This document shows positions 19,149 through 29,801 of a stretch of DNA of 53,578 nt, piece by piece. The notes beneath the pieces are model-generated. The model was not told the origin of the DNA and made no database searches. It was given only the letters and a program-made list of their open reading frames with translations. The stretch is from a virus (taxonomy: Duplodnaviria; Heunggongvirae; Uroviricota; Caudoviricetes): IMG/VR virus record IMGVR_UViG_2671181188_000017, one strand, 5' to 3'. Every line of letters begins with the position of its first letter. Position 1 is the stretch's first letter. Made by a program: the position numbers and the translations under genes.

Positions 19149-19918
19149 TATGCAGCCCTCACGATATAGTTAAATGCAATATTTCGTGGACGGGTTTCAC
19201 TCCCGCCAGTATTACCGATACTCCCTCGTGAATGAAGTGTCGGTGATGGGATCAGACTCCCTCCTGTATTTGTGGCATCAAGTCCCCGTCCTTGTGTGTA
19301 TGTCTTTTTGAAAATCGTAGCCAGTTCCCATTCATCTTTTGTGTCGTAACCATCATTGGCAACAACAATATGGCGGTGTTTTTCCAGCATCCCTGTCTGA
19401 ATGCTCAATAAAACACGTCCTGCATCAATACCGCGCCCGTCATCCCAGCCACGAATAAACTCACCACGTAAATCAGGCAATTTATTTGTCGGATAAGCCT
19501 TTGCCAGTTCCGGGTATTCTTCAGCAGAAAAAGCCGCACCGTTGCATTTCAGCCAGCCTGTTGGCGGTGTGGCTGAAGGCCATGGAACAGGCACACCAAC
19601 AGGTAATGCAGAGCCTTCTCCCAAACCAAGGTTTTCGAGAGCCGTTTGCACAGTGCCATCCGATTTGATATCGCCAAACGGATTCTTGCGGCTTAACAGC
19701 AGCGCGCGAAGTGCGGTAAGTAACTGGTCGTGCCGCCCCTTCTCCAGGCTGGCACCGGATGCCTCCACCACGCTGCAAAGTTCCTCCTGCAACATGTCAA
19801 AGTAGTCATCATCCAGATCGGTGGCAGGCGTGCCGGTCTGGGGGTTACCACGGGTAAAACCGTTCTTACCCGCGCCGAACTTATCCTTCTGCGCGGTTTT
19901 CGTGTCTATACGATGCAT
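19148..19918 (-). CDS. Tail fibre protein (constant N-terminus plus variable C-terminus)
   Basis: 256 aa, G-rich fibre C-terminus; contains the full invertase site at codons about 92-101. Confidence 0.8.
19616..19641. repeat. Gix/pix-like invertase recombination site (TTCTCCCAAACC AA GGTTTTCGAGAG)
   Basis: 26-bp imperfect palindrome matching the AAACC-NN-GGTTT core of Hin/Gin/Cin/Pin sites, inside the tail-fibre gene. Confidence 0.65.
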
Positions 19919-19921
19919 GGA

Positions 19922-20506
19922 TTACTCCGGATATTTAAAAATTACGTAGGTTTGCGACGGGCAGAGTTTGTTAAGCACACACTCGACAACGGTGTCACCC
20001 CAGATACGCAGTGCGGAATCACAGGGATCGCCACATGTCATCCAGGTGGAGTTGGTGGTGGCTGGCATGTTGACCTGCCAGTAATACCGCCATTCCGGCG
20101 CATTCACCGCGTCAGTACAGGCCGATGAGCAGGTGAAAGTGCTTTTGTCGTATCGCGTGATGGTGGCATCTGGTCTGCCCAGGGCAGCAAGCTGTGCAAG
20201 ATAAAAATCCTCGTTGATGCCGCCCGCCAGGTTAACCTTCGCATCCAGCCGTTGCTGACGCTGGCGAAGGGTCTGCGTTCCCGCCGGAATACATTCATCC
20301 GGCAGACCGCACAGACGCTCCCAGCGGTTTATCAGTTCAGTGGTGGTGCGAGGATCCAGCTCCCGCATCAGGGCATCCGCACGCTGATGAACACGGGTTA
20401 ATGACGGTGCCGCACCGGCAATCGCCGGATCGCTGGCTGACCACGCCGGACCGGGCGGCAACAGTGCCGATAACAGGCGGATGTAATCATCGTTTGTCAC
20501 GTCCAT
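19922..20506 (-). CDS. Mu gp48-like baseplate/tail protein (e14 YmfQ-like)
   Basis: 194 aa, position between baseplate J and tail fibre; family call from recalled similarity. Confidence 0.55.
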   Translation of the reverse strand: MDVTNDDYIRLLSALLPPGPAWSASDPAIAGAAPSLTRVHQRADALMRELDPRTTTELINRWERLCGLPDECIPAGTQTLRQRQQRLDAKVNLAGGINEDFYLAQLAALGRPDATITRYDKSTFTCSSACTDAVNAPEWRYYWQVNMPATTNSTWMTCGDPCDSALRIWGDTVVECVLNKLCPSQTYVIFKYPE

Positions 20507-21555
20507 GAAATCGTCCCCAGTACCGCCAGTTCGTTTTTCGCAATGGAGATATTGTCCACCGGTGCAAGCAACTGATGGCTGTATTCCCCGTTCGCACCGG
20601 AAATCGCCTCACTGATACGCGATACCTTGAGTTCTCCCTGCGGATAACCATCACGCAGCAGGAACGAACGCAACTCCGCGGTAATGGCAGCCCGTATTTC
20701 CGGTGTGTCCGGCGTCACGCGGATATGAAAATCCACTTTATGCGCCACCGGCCTGAATACATACAAATCAGAGCCTGCCACCGGGGCCAGTGGCTCAATG
20801 TGTTGTCTTGCCGCCGTTTCCGTTGATTCTTCCGGAATGGGATTAATCAGGTCACTGCTGGCAATCATCACACCGACAGTTCCCGTTCCCATCCAGTGAC
20901 GGTATGTCCATGCGCGGGTAATGCCGGGCACTTCTTTAGCCCAGACAACATAGTCCCCGTCAGCCCCGCCCTGAGGCGTCCAGTAATACCGCTCAATGAC
21001 GCGGGCGCGCCACGTTTCCAGATCTTCAGTATCGAATCCGCCAGTCAGGGTATCTGCAACACCGGAAGACGGCAGACCATTCACCGGCGTGACCAGGATT
21101 AATGCCGTACCGTCGTCAGCGTTACCGACCGCGCCTGCACTTGAGCAGGCGATCGGCACGCGCAGGACACCACCGGAGCTGGTTGCATCAGCAGTTGCCG
21201 TGTACTGAACCAGGTCATCGCGCTGAATCACGCTCCCGGCGGTCACCTTCAGGCCATCGCTGACACCTTCCCAGCGCATATACCCGCTGGCAGCCGTGGC
21301 CCCCTTGCGCGGACACCGTTTCATCGCAGCATGTCGCGCCAGCCAGGACTCATCGCACAGGTCAGGCAGCATGTTCATTGCCAGATAATCGATGTAACCG
21401 TAAACCGTATGCAGCGCCGCCGCATACACCTTTGCCCGCACGTCTTCATCCATGCGCCGGAGCGTGTCGCTGACGTCCAGCCTGGCGAATAAATCGTTAC
21501 GGAGCATACTGATATTTTCTGCCAGCGTCGGGCGCTGAAATTCACTGTCCGCCAT
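20497..21555 (-). CDS. Baseplate J-like protein (Mu gp47-like)
   Basis: 352 aa, size and position in the baseplate module. Confidence 0.7.
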   Translation of the reverse strand: MADSEFQRPTLAENISMLRNDLFARLDVSDTLRRMDEDVRAKVYAAALHTVYGYIDYLAMNMLPDLCDESWLARHAAMKRCPRKGATAASGYMRWEGVSDGLKVTAGSVIQRDDLVQYTATADATSSGGVLRVPIACSSAGAVGNADDGTALILVTPVNGLPSSGVADTLTGGFDTEDLETWRARVIERYYWTPQGGADGDYVVWAKEVPGITRAWTYRHWMGTGTVGVMIASSDLINPIPEESTETAARQHIEPLAPVAGSDLYVFRPVAHKVDFHIRVTPDTPEIRAAITAELRSFLLRDGYPQGELKVSRISEAISGANGEYSHQLLAPVDNISIAKNELAVLGTISWT

Positions 21556-21970
21556 GCGTTATCGCACTCCACAGATCATCAAAAGAAATCATTACCGGTC
21601 CGTCACGACGCCAGAGGGTGATACTGTTACCCAGCTCATTAATCCCGGTGCGGCGGATATCCAGATCAATACGGGACACCACGCCGTCATCAATCATCCA
21701 TTGCAGGCATTCGCGGATATACCCCCTTACTGTCTGCACCAGCTGATTGGTCAGTTTGCTGCGCTGAAGCAGCCACAGTCGTGAGCCGTAACGGTCATTC
21801 TGTACCGCAGGCCAGGTATCCCCCCACCATCCCATCGGGACGTCGGCGTTGTCATCAGGCTCCGCCCGCCGCCAGGTAAACAGGGAAATCACCACGGCGC
21901 GGGTCAGCGGATCCAGCGGTGCGCTGGCGCAGGTGCGTTTACCGTTCACCGTCAGCCACAGTTCCATCAT
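21542..21970 (-). CDS. Mu gp46-like baseplate protein
   Basis: 142 aa, overlapping neighbours in the baseplate operon. Confidence 0.55.
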   Translation of the reverse strand: MMELWLTVNGKRTCASAPLDPLTRAVVISLFTWRRAEPDDNADVPMGWWGDTWPAVQNDRYGSRLWLLQRSKLTNQLVQTVRGYIRECLQWMIDDGVVSRIDLDIRRTGINELGNSITLWRRDGPVMISFDDLWSAITHGGQ

Positions 21971-22515
21971 GCCTCCATCGCTTTATCCGGTTTGTCGGTG
22001 TTACTGCCCTGACCGTTCTCTCTGTGACGATGCCCGTTATAGGCAAGCCGCATCGCTGACATGGTAGTGCCGCTGGAGTCGCACAGGTCTTTCACCTGTC
22101 CTGTCACTTCCAGGTCCATTTCAAAACGTGCTTTAGGTGAATTGCGAAACGTGATCGTTTTACCTGCACCGTCCACCACGATCCCCTCCCGGGTCAGCGT
22201 CACAGACTGCCCCTGATCGTCATAGACAGCCACCTCACCCGTCTGCAACCCTTTCAGGCGGTAGCGCCGGTCCGACACCGTAACAACCACCGCATGAGAA
22301 CGGTCGCCATCCGGAAACAACACCACCGCTTCCGCGCCGCTGTTTGCCCTTGCGGTAAAACCGTAGGGTTCAAGATGTTCAACCCCGGCTTTGGGTTCAC
22401 CGGCAATCAGGGACACATCCACGGTCTGACATTTCGTGGCGGCACTGATGCTTTTCACCACTGCCCGCGCAATCAGGCCGAGAAGTTGTCGCTGCATGGC
22501 TTCAATCGTCCTCAT
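21967..22515 (-). CDS. Baseplate assembly protein V / spike (Mu gp45-like)
   Basis: 182 aa; position and size. Confidence 0.6.
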   Translation of the reverse strand: MRTIEAMQRQLLGLIARAVVKSISAATKCQTVDVSLIAGEPKAGVEHLEPYGFTARANSGAEAVVLFPDGDRSHAVVVTVSDRRYRLKGLQTGEVAVYDDQGQSVTLTREGIVVDGAGKTITFRNSPKARFEMDLEVTGQVKDLCDSSGTTMSAMRLAYNGHRHRENGQGSNTDKPDKAMEA

Positions 22516-23594
22516 CAGAACGGGTCCTCCTGTACTCTGGCTTTTTTCTTTTTCCGCGCGCCGGGGGCTTCGGGTTCAGGCAGATAAGCATCAGGCGGGC
22601 CGACACGGATTTCCGTCAGGGTGCCGTTCTGGTCCTGAGTAAACGTGACTTCCGAGACAAGCAGTTCGGTATTGTCGAAACCACAGACTGGATCGAAGAC
22701 AATCACCCGCTGGTTGGGCTGCCACAGCGTACCGTTACCCTGTCGCCAGCCCTGCACCACATAGGTGGTTTCATCCGTCCGCGCCGCCCGTTGTCGGGCT
22801 TCAAAGTCAGCACGCGCAATACAGCCTGCCCCCGTGGCCTGCCCTGTCTGCCTGATATACATCGGACGGTAACGGGCAATAAATGCGTCCTCTGTGCGGG
22901 CCCGCAGCGCGGTGGTGGTGACCTCACCGAAATCATCGTCGTTTCCGGCACGCTGCCCCGCCACCTGGTAAACAGAAAACCGCTCCCGGATACTCTTCTC
23001 CGTATCACAGGAAAGGATGTTTTCCCCAAGTACCAGCGCGGTATGTGCCCGCGTTGAGCCAATACCGCCAATCACCAGCCTGCCGTGCGGATCGTCGTAA
23101 GCCAGCGCCTGCTGCTGACCGAGTATTTTGTTGATAACCTCAATCACCGTTTCACCGTGATCAGGCTGAACATCAGGAATAACACCCGACGGCGCACCGC
23201 TGTTCACCACCTCAATGCCGAAAGGCGCAGCAAGCGCCTGCGCAATCTGCACCAGCGAGCGTCCGTTAAACTGTGTCGGTTCGGCTGCACAGTCAATCAG
23301 GTCAGCCGTCAGACTACGTCCGGCAATACCGGTGCTGACCGAACGGGCATCGTAACGAACGGGAGTCGCCTCCACCCAGCCGGTGATCACCAGCTCATCA
23401 CCAATCAGCACTTCCACTTTTGAACCGTTTTTAATGCGCGGCTGAAGCGTGGTGATACCCTCATCTCCCGGCCACTGGCGAGTGATCTCCACACTGAAAT
23501 CCCGCGCCAGCCGTTCAATACCGGCACCGATGCGCACCGATGTCCAGCCATTCCACTCCCGGCCATTTACCCGTAGCGTGACATTGTCGTTCAT
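22515..23594 (-). CDS. Mu P-like tail/baseplate hub protein
   Basis: 359 aa, follows the DNA-circulation gene as in Mu-like tail modules. Confidence 0.6.
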   Translation of the reverse strand: MNDNVTLRVNGREWNGWTSVRIGAGIERLARDFSVEITRQWPGDEGITTLQPRIKNGSKVEVLIGDELVITGWVEATPVRYDARSVSTGIAGRSLTADLIDCAAEPTQFNGRSLVQIAQALAAPFGIEVVNSGAPSGVIPDVQPDHGETVIEVINKILGQQQALAYDDPHGRLVIGGIGSTRAHTALVLGENILSCDTEKSIRERFSVYQVAGQRAGNDDDFGEVTTTALRARTEDAFIARYRPMYIRQTGQATGAGCIARADFEARQRAARTDETTYVVQGWRQGNGTLWQPNQRVIVFDPVCGFDNTELLVSEVTFTQDQNGTLTEIRVGPPDAYLPEPEAPGARKKKKARVQEDPF

Positions 23595-24916
23595 TGCACT
23601 GGCACCTTCAGAGGGATCACCGGCACAAAGCCGGGATGCGTAATGGCATTACGCCGGATAATGTCCGCGTCACGCGCCGCGTTATCAAACCAGGTCGCCG
23701 CCAGCACCAGCGCGGGTAAAACCTCATCCGGCGTGCGCTGAATGATCCGTGCAGACTGTTCAAGGCGCGTGTTGATATCCGCATTCAGATCTGCTTTCAC
23801 CCGGCGCAGCGCCAGAAACAGCGCATCACTGGTTGTACGGGACAACTCCTTATCAATTGCCGTATTCAGTGTGTCGCGAATGTCGGTCAGTTCTTCCCAC
23901 GTTGGCAGGTCAACCGTGTTTTTCACCGCCGGTGCATTGTTCAGTGCCGGATGCGTGACAGAAGGCCAGCCGGTGCTCTGCGCGGGTGTTGTTGACTGCC
24001 CTACTGTGGCATTCTGCATCACCGCGGAAGTTGTGGGCGCAGGCAATCGTGTGACGGCATACGCCGCTTCGCTGATTGCGGTCGTACGAAGGGTGCTGGC
24101 AACCACGTTACGCTGCTGCGTCGCCGTGGCGGTAGTTTTACTGTCCGTTTTCCAGACGCCGCGCGGTTGCAGATCGCTGCCGAGGCTGACACCGGAAAGC
24201 GTTTTGATCATGGTGACCAGGTCGCTGGCGTTACCATAAAGGCGTTTCCCGGTACGCCACATTTTCTGCACCTGCTCAACGAAATTTTTGCCTGACGATG
24301 GTGGCGGCAGAAGTACCGAGATATCCCCCTGCAACAGCCTGGCGGCATCCGATACGGCAGAATCCACCACTTTCATCGCATCAGAAACATACCCAAGCAT
24401 TGTGCTGGCATTACCGACGACGTCGTTCTGCACAAAATCTGCCACGCCATCGATACTGAAACCACTGAAGCTGTCACTGATGCAGTCATCCAGTGCAGAA
24501 CAGGATGACATCAGCGTCTGCGCCGTCGCCGCACCTGAAGTGGGGTAAGAGAGTTCTCCCGCTTCGACAAACTTCAGGTCAAAGCGGACAATACGCCCTT
24601 CACTCTTCGATGTGCTGACCCGAACTTCCCCGTCAACACAGACTTTCAGCTCACCGTAAGTCGGATGGACAAGCGTGCCGGGACCGGGTTTATTCAGCGC
24701 GTCAATCAGGCGATCGCGCTGGTCAAAGCAGTCATCTCCCACCACATAAGCTGTGATGGACGGGCGGAAAGTGATTTTCCCCAGGTCTTCGGTATAGGGT
24801 TTGTCGCGGTTCGGGTATTCGTGCGTTTCCACACGACGACCGGTTCCCGCACTTTCTTCTTCAACCTTAAACGGCACACCGCGAAATGACGCGTCCTGAA
24901 GTCTGTCTTTCCACGT
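23591..24916 (-). CDS. Mu N-like DNA circulation protein
   Basis: Track ORF 23591..24961; likely start MTWKDRLQDASFRGVPF. Confidence 0.6.
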   Translation of the reverse strand, partial: TWKDRLQDASFRGVPFKVEEESAGTGRRVETHEYPNRDKPYTEDLGKITFRPSITAYVVGDDCFDQRDRLIDALNKPGPGTLVHPTYGELKVCVDGEVRVSTSKSEGRIVRFDLKFVEAGELSYPTSGAATAQTLMSSCSALDDCISDSFSGFSIDGVADFVQNDVVGNASTMLGYVSDAMKVVDSAVSDAARLLQGDISVLLPPPSSGKNFVEQVQKMWRTGKRLYGNASDLVTMIKTLSGVSLGSDLQPRGVWKTDSKTTATATQQRNVVASTLRTTAISEAAYAVTRLPAPTTSAVMQNATVGQSTTPAQSTGWPSVTHPALNNAPAVKNTVDLPTWEELTDIRDTLNTAIDKELSRTTSDALFLALRRVKADLNADINTRLEQSARIIQRTPDEVLPALVLAATWFDNAARDADIIRRNAITHPGFVPVIPLKVPVQ

Positions 24917-24979
24917 CATATAAACTCCGTACATAAAAAATCCCACCGGAGTGGGACTCATTAACAGATTAATTTTTCA

Positions 24980-26815
24980 TTACCTGCCAAAGCGCGTATA
25001 GCCAACATCATGGCTGACATCAAAACCGCTGGATCGCGTTTCCATAACCCGCATACCCGGAGGCGAATTCACAAAAGAGACCTTGATCTCACCATCAACT
25101 TTTGGCGCAGAAGCTTTGTTAATCATGAAGGGATTCGGGCCTGTGGCACCGGAGGCGTTGTTTGACTGAGCCGGATCTACCGCCTGATAAGGTGTGTATC
25201 CCCGTGCCGGTATTCCCGTCCCATAAGCATCATAAGCACCCGCGCCCCACTGCGCAGAGTTAATGGCATCGACCGTGTCACCGGAACTGTCGGTAAACCA
25301 CTCAATAATTGGCTTCAGTTTGTCCCACATATCCTGAAACCACTTAACAACCGGTCCCCAGTTATTGATTACCATCCCCAGCGGCGACCAGGCAAAAACC
25401 TTCTTCAGAAGTTCCCAGCCAGCCTCAAAATAAGGACCAATGGTTTCCCAGAGCTTCTTGAAATAAGGTCCGACAACATCCCAGTTAGTGATAATTAATC
25501 CCGCAGCCAGGGCTATCGCCGTCGCAATCATTCCAATCGGCGTCATCGACATGATCCTGCTGACAATACTGATGGCACCGCCAACGCCCATCAATCCCAG
25601 TTTCAGAATCGCAAGACCGGCAGCAAGCCCGACGACGCCGCGAATAACCCGGGGATTTTCATCCGCAAACTTCGTGAATTTTTCCCCTAACTCCCCCAGC
25701 CATTGCGTGATATTTTTGGCGTCACCAGAAAATGCGCCGCCAATAGCCGCAAGGCCGTTAGTTGCGGTCCCCGTCATTGCCTCCCACAGGTTGGACAGCG
25801 TACCAAGCTGGGCCTGAACACGTTTATTCAGGCTGGCCTGTTTATTCATCTTCTGCTGGATCTGATCGTAGCCATCCTTTCCTTTATCGATTAGTGCATT
25901 GACCACCTGAAGGGTTTCGGCATCATCACCAAATATTGCCTTAAGTACACCTGTTCGCTTAACGTCGGTCAGTTTTCGCAGCTTTGCCAGTTGCCTGAAC
26001 ATGTTATCAAGACCGCCAAAACTTCCTTTGCCGTCAGTAAAATCGAGCTGTACCCCGAGTTTCTGGCGGGCCATGATTTTATTGACGTCCCTGATTTTCT
26101 TAACGCTTAATCCGGACTGGATAACTTTTCGCAGGGCGTTACCTGCCGACTCCCCGTTCATCCCCATCTGATCCATCATGACGCTGATGGGGGCAAGGCT
26201 CTGTGCAGCCTGAAGACCGTCCTTGTTCACCATCTTCAGAACAGAGCTGGTTTTAGTGAAGAAGGACAACATGTTGGTATCGTCAACACCCAGATAAAAC
26301 GCCTTCTGGATAGTGTCGAACAGCCCCATCATGTCTTCTGACGCCGTTCCGGTAGCATCCTGCATCTTTGCAGCAAACTCAGCAGCCGCTTCCGGTGTTT
26401 TTTTCAGTTGTACCGCAAGATAAGCTGTCGCTTTACCCACACCGCCAAGAATGTTTTCTGCCGGGATCCCCTGACGCACCAGCATCTGCATCATGTTCTG
26501 GAAATCAGCCGTTGTACCGGGTAGCTGGTTACCCAGGCCAATAGCCAGTTTATTGATGTCCTGAAAGCTCTTTCCAACCTCGCCGTTCGCATCCATCATG
26601 GCGACTTTCAGCCCGGTGGCGGCGTTTTCCTGATCGGCATAAGATTTCAGGGAAAGCGTCAGACCCGCTGCCAGTCCGCCACCAAGCGCCAGCCCACCCT
26701 GTGACGCTTCTTCCGCCTGGCGTTTAAATCCCCGGATTTTCTTTTGCATTTTCGACAGCGCGGGAGAAAGCCTGTCGACACCGGTGATCAACGCCTTAAG
26801 CTCAAATTCCGCCAT
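24980..26815 (-). CDS. Tail tape measure protein
   Basis: 611 aa, A/G-rich helical N-terminal half with a hydrophobic core segment; follows the chaperone frameshift pair. Confidence 0.85.
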   Translation of the reverse strand: MAEFELKALITGVDRLSPALSKMQKKIRGFKRQAEEASQGGLALGGGLAAGLTLSLKSYADQENAATGLKVAMMDANGEVGKSFQDINKLAIGLGNQLPGTTADFQNMMQMLVRQGIPAENILGGVGKATAYLAVQLKKTPEAAAEFAAKMQDATGTASEDMMGLFDTIQKAFYLGVDDTNMLSFFTKTSSVLKMVNKDGLQAAQSLAPISVMMDQMGMNGESAGNALRKVIQSGLSVKKIRDVNKIMARQKLGVQLDFTDGKGSFGGLDNMFRQLAKLRKLTDVKRTGVLKAIFGDDAETLQVVNALIDKGKDGYDQIQQKMNKQASLNKRVQAQLGTLSNLWEAMTGTATNGLAAIGGAFSGDAKNITQWLGELGEKFTKFADENPRVIRGVVGLAAGLAILKLGLMGVGGAISIVSRIMSMTPIGMIATAIALAAGLIITNWDVVGPYFKKLWETIGPYFEAGWELLKKVFAWSPLGMVINNWGPVVKWFQDMWDKLKPIIEWFTDSSGDTVDAINSAQWGAGAYDAYGTGIPARGYTPYQAVDPAQSNNASGATGPNPFMINKASAPKVDGEIKVSFVNSPPGMRVMETRSSGFDVSHDVGYTRFGR

Positions 26816-27226
26816 GTGTGCGTTTCTCCTGCTCTATCCTGTTTGCCTGACTGACCAGCAAGGGAATTTCACTGATCGGCATATTCAGCAATTCGAAAGG
26901 ATTAATGCGCCAGTAGCTGGCGCAGTCAAAGAAGCGATCAGTGAGGTATTCAGCCGTCAGGCCTGGAGGAAAAAACCAGCCACAAGCCACGCCGCTGCAT
27001 TCAGGTCTGCCGGAGACATCTGGTCGACAGAGCTTTGCGGCACTTTCGCCAGCCGCACAATGTATTTCGACACCACATGCGCCAGAAGTCTGACTGACTC
27101 ATCCTGATTCATCTGGTAGGGATACCCCAGCTCGCGGACATCCTTCCCGGTGGGTTCATCAAACTCCAGTACGGAGAGTGTCTCGCCATGAGCAGTAATC
27201 GGTTTCTTTAACTCAAGCTCTTTCAT
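26802..27226 (-). CDS. Tail assembly chaperone pair with programmed -1 frameshift (G/GT-like)
   Basis: ORF 26957..27226 ends ..AGFFLQA*; the heptamer T_TTT_TTC lies in the 0 frame four codons before the stop, and the -1 frame continues as FFPPGLTAEYLTDRF.. (ORF 26802..26990). Confidence 0.6.
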
Positions 27227-27582
27227 TACTGGTAATCCCCTTCTTCACCGTGGAACTCAAGATCAACCGTGCCTTCTTCGGCATTATGGTTCGCTTCGCC
27301 GTGCAGCCAGGCAGACGACAGTACATAGACCTGACCGTTCGCCAGCTCGGCAGTGATGGTCATCTCATCAGACGAGGTGATTTTGCTTACCGGAAAATTC
27401 TTCGGCACCTTGAAGGTCCCTTTGACATAAGGCGCACGGTGAGTTTCCTTGCGGTCCACTGAACCGTCCAGGCCGATGATGTCATCGTTAACCGTTTTGT
27501 TCATGGGCACCTCAATGCCGCCGGTCAGCGATAGCTGCTGACCGTCAATTTTGAAATAACAGGTTCCCCCGATACGGGCCAT
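27226..27582 (-). CDS. Tail tube protein
   Basis: 118 aa, immediately downstream of the sheath gene. Confidence 0.7.
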   Translation of the reverse strand: MARIGGTCYFKIDGQQLSLTGGIEVPMNKTVNDDIIGLDGSVDRKETHRAPYVKGTFKVPKNFPVSKITSSDEMTITAELANGQVYVLSSAWLHGEANHNAEEGTVDLEFHGEEGDYQ

Positions 27583-29078
27583 TATGCAGACTCCTCTGAA
27601 TACTGAAGACGGAACTGATTAACCACGGCAAAGACACGCAGCTGGTTAACATAGTCAGGCGGGAACAGCGTGTTCAGGCGGTTCGGATCGCTGGCATCAC
27701 GCTCCACAACCAGGTACTGCTTAAACAGTTCGTAGTTTTCCACGATCCCCGCACGCTCAAGCTGACGGTAGGTTGCCAGCAGTTCCCCTTTGATCACCGC
27801 CGGGGTGACAATCGCCTGACCGGGACCAAAGCGGGTACCGTCACTGGCAAGCTTGTGACGCCCGTACTTACTGGTAATGACGGATTTCAGTTTGCGCAGT
27901 ACATACGCGCTGGTATGCAGCGTCTCACTGTCGAGGTAACTGTTATCCGCAACCCCGTAAGCGTTTTTCCTGTACGTGGTGACATCACGCTGAATGCGTA
28001 GTACCCCGCTTTCGACATACGCCGTTGCCACGCCATGAGACAGCAGGGTCTGTTGTTCGGTCATCGTGAACCGTTTCCCCTTCGGCGCAGGCAGCATACC
28101 CACCAGCTCACCGGTCTGCGTGGGACGTGCCGGATCGTTGCGGATAAACACCGCTGCGCGGGCGGTACGGCTTGCCGCCAGCTCGTCGGCAGGCGTCTGG
28201 GTCTCTTTTTCGTACCCCGCCAGGGTAATGTGCTGCTGGTTAAACTGGTCACCTGCGGTCACCAGTTCTGACAGCGTGCCGATCTTTGCCGTATACACAT
28301 GACCATACAGCTGACGCGCATAGCTCCAGCGACCGCTGGTATCGTTCATCTCGGTCACCAGCGTGTTAACGGAGGCCGTGTCGTTGAACGGCAGGCCGAT
28401 ATAATCAAACGGCTCATCCGCCATTGCAGCCACCGCGCCGGTGAGAACCGGAGCACCCGTTCCGGCGGTACCCGTCGCCACGGCAATCTGTACGCCCGCT
28501 GGCAGCACTTCGCCCCCACCAAAGCCGTAGTAATTGAGGCTGACAGGAATTTCATTCCCACAAAGCCCCTTATGACGCGCGGTCAGTGTGACCACGCCTG
28601 CCAAAGATGAAGCCGTAAACGGCAGGGTCGGAACGGCATTGATGGCATCCTGGATACTGCTGGCAATCATCGTGACGTTATCGCCGTTAGTCACCGGTGC
28701 CTGCACGCGGGTACGTCCTACATACACATTCACCGTGCCGGTTTCGGTTGCCGCCCCGGTCACCGTCAGCGTAACTGTTGCCGCCGCACCTGTGGATTCA
28801 GGAACGGCAATCACATACAGCTCGCCAAACGGGTCAGTCTGGCGATAAGCCTCGACCATACGCGCCAGCTGACTTCCCGCACCACAAATCTGGCGTGCAT
28901 AGTCTGCCGACGACATCAGTACCAGACTGTTGGCAACAATCTCTGCACCGTTATTGGCATGACCAATCAGCAGCGATGCTCCGCTGTCCTGTGCAGTATT
29001 CGCCGCCTGGTTATCCATTTCCGCATAAAACAACGGAACCAGCGTATTCGACGGAATGGTGTTAAAGCTTATCGTCAT
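27582..29078 (-). CDS. Contractile tail sheath protein
   Basis: 498 aa, size and position upstream of the tube gene. Confidence 0.85.
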   Translation of the reverse strand: MTISFNTIPSNTLVPLFYAEMDNQAANTAQDSGASLLIGHANNGAEIVANSLVLMSSADYARQICGAGSQLARMVEAYRQTDPFGELYVIAVPESTGAAATVTLTVTGAATETGTVNVYVGRTRVQAPVTNGDNVTMIASSIQDAINAVPTLPFTASSLAGVVTLTARHKGLCGNEIPVSLNYYGFGGGEVLPAGVQIAVATGTAGTGAPVLTGAVAAMADEPFDYIGLPFNDTASVNTLVTEMNDTSGRWSYARQLYGHVYTAKIGTLSELVTAGDQFNQQHITLAGYEKETQTPADELAASRTARAAVFIRNDPARPTQTGELVGMLPAPKGKRFTMTEQQTLLSHGVATAYVESGVLRIQRDVTTYRKNAYGVADNSYLDSETLHTSAYVLRKLKSVITSKYGRHKLASDGTRFGPGQAIVTPAVIKGELLATYRQLERAGIVENYELFKQYLVVERDASDPNRLNTLFPPDYVNQLRVFAVVNQFRLQYSEESA

Positions 29079-29240
29079 CGGTGTTCACCTTTTTATTCAC
29101 GCGCCGGATATCACCCGCTGCTTCACGGCGCAGCCAGTAGTTGTTCTCGTCAACATTTCGCCCTTCGGCGGGCAAAAGGTCGCCGCGGGCAGGGTCAGGC
29201 ACTGACCGCCCTTTAACAGGTTTGACAAACATGAGGATCC

Positions 29241-29801
29241 TCAGGAAGGAAGGGTTATTTCGGTGTGATGTTCGATATCGCCGTCAGGCCCGTTACCGGG
29301 CTCGAGATAATCAACATCAATCGCCAGCGTTTGCAGTTCATCCAGACTGTTCAGATCATCCTGCTGGCGGGTATCGTCTTCAGTCAGCTCGCTGATGACC
29401 GAAAAATCGAACTGATAAATCAGCTCATGACGATTCAGATCCAGCAGCGTGCCGCCGTCATAGGTAATCGGGTTACCGCACGCTTCCGGGTTCCAGCCCA
29501 GCAAGGCCTTAAAGAGCATCTGCCGGACATCGTCCACCACATCATACGAAGCAAACTGACCGAGCTCATCACGCCCGTTACTCAGTATGACAACCACGGA
29601 GAAGCCCTCTTTCAGCTCCTGCCAGTAGTCGGTCTGGCTTTTGTTTTCTCCCGGAGAGTCATCACCCGGTACCACATACGCCGCCGGGAGTCTCAGCTTT
29701 CCGACCTCCGGCAGATTTTTGAACTGTGCCGCGCCTGCCACCCGGTTTTCAAAATACGGGCAGCGGGCACGCAGCGCAGCAATAACAGGCGTCAGTTTCA
29801 T
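29241..29801 (-). CDS. Tail completion / terminator-like protein
   Basis: 186 aa; position between head-tail joining genes and the sheath. Confidence 0.45.
   Translation of the reverse strand: MKLTPVIAALRARCPYFENRVAGAAQFKNLPEVGKLRLPAAYVVPGDDSPGENKSQTDYWQELKEGFSVVVILSNGRDELGQFASYDVVDDVRQMLFKALLGWNPEACGNPITYDGGTLLDLNRHELIYQFDFSVISELTEDDTRQQDDLNSLDELQTLAIDVDYLEPGNGPDGDIEHHTEITLPS

Noticed and set aside
29060-29232. Possible 57-aa minus-strand ORF (MFVKPVKG..) between the tail terminator-like gene and the sheath gene
   Set aside because: Below the ORF-track size cut-off and without motifs; plausible small phage gene but not supportable from sequence alone.
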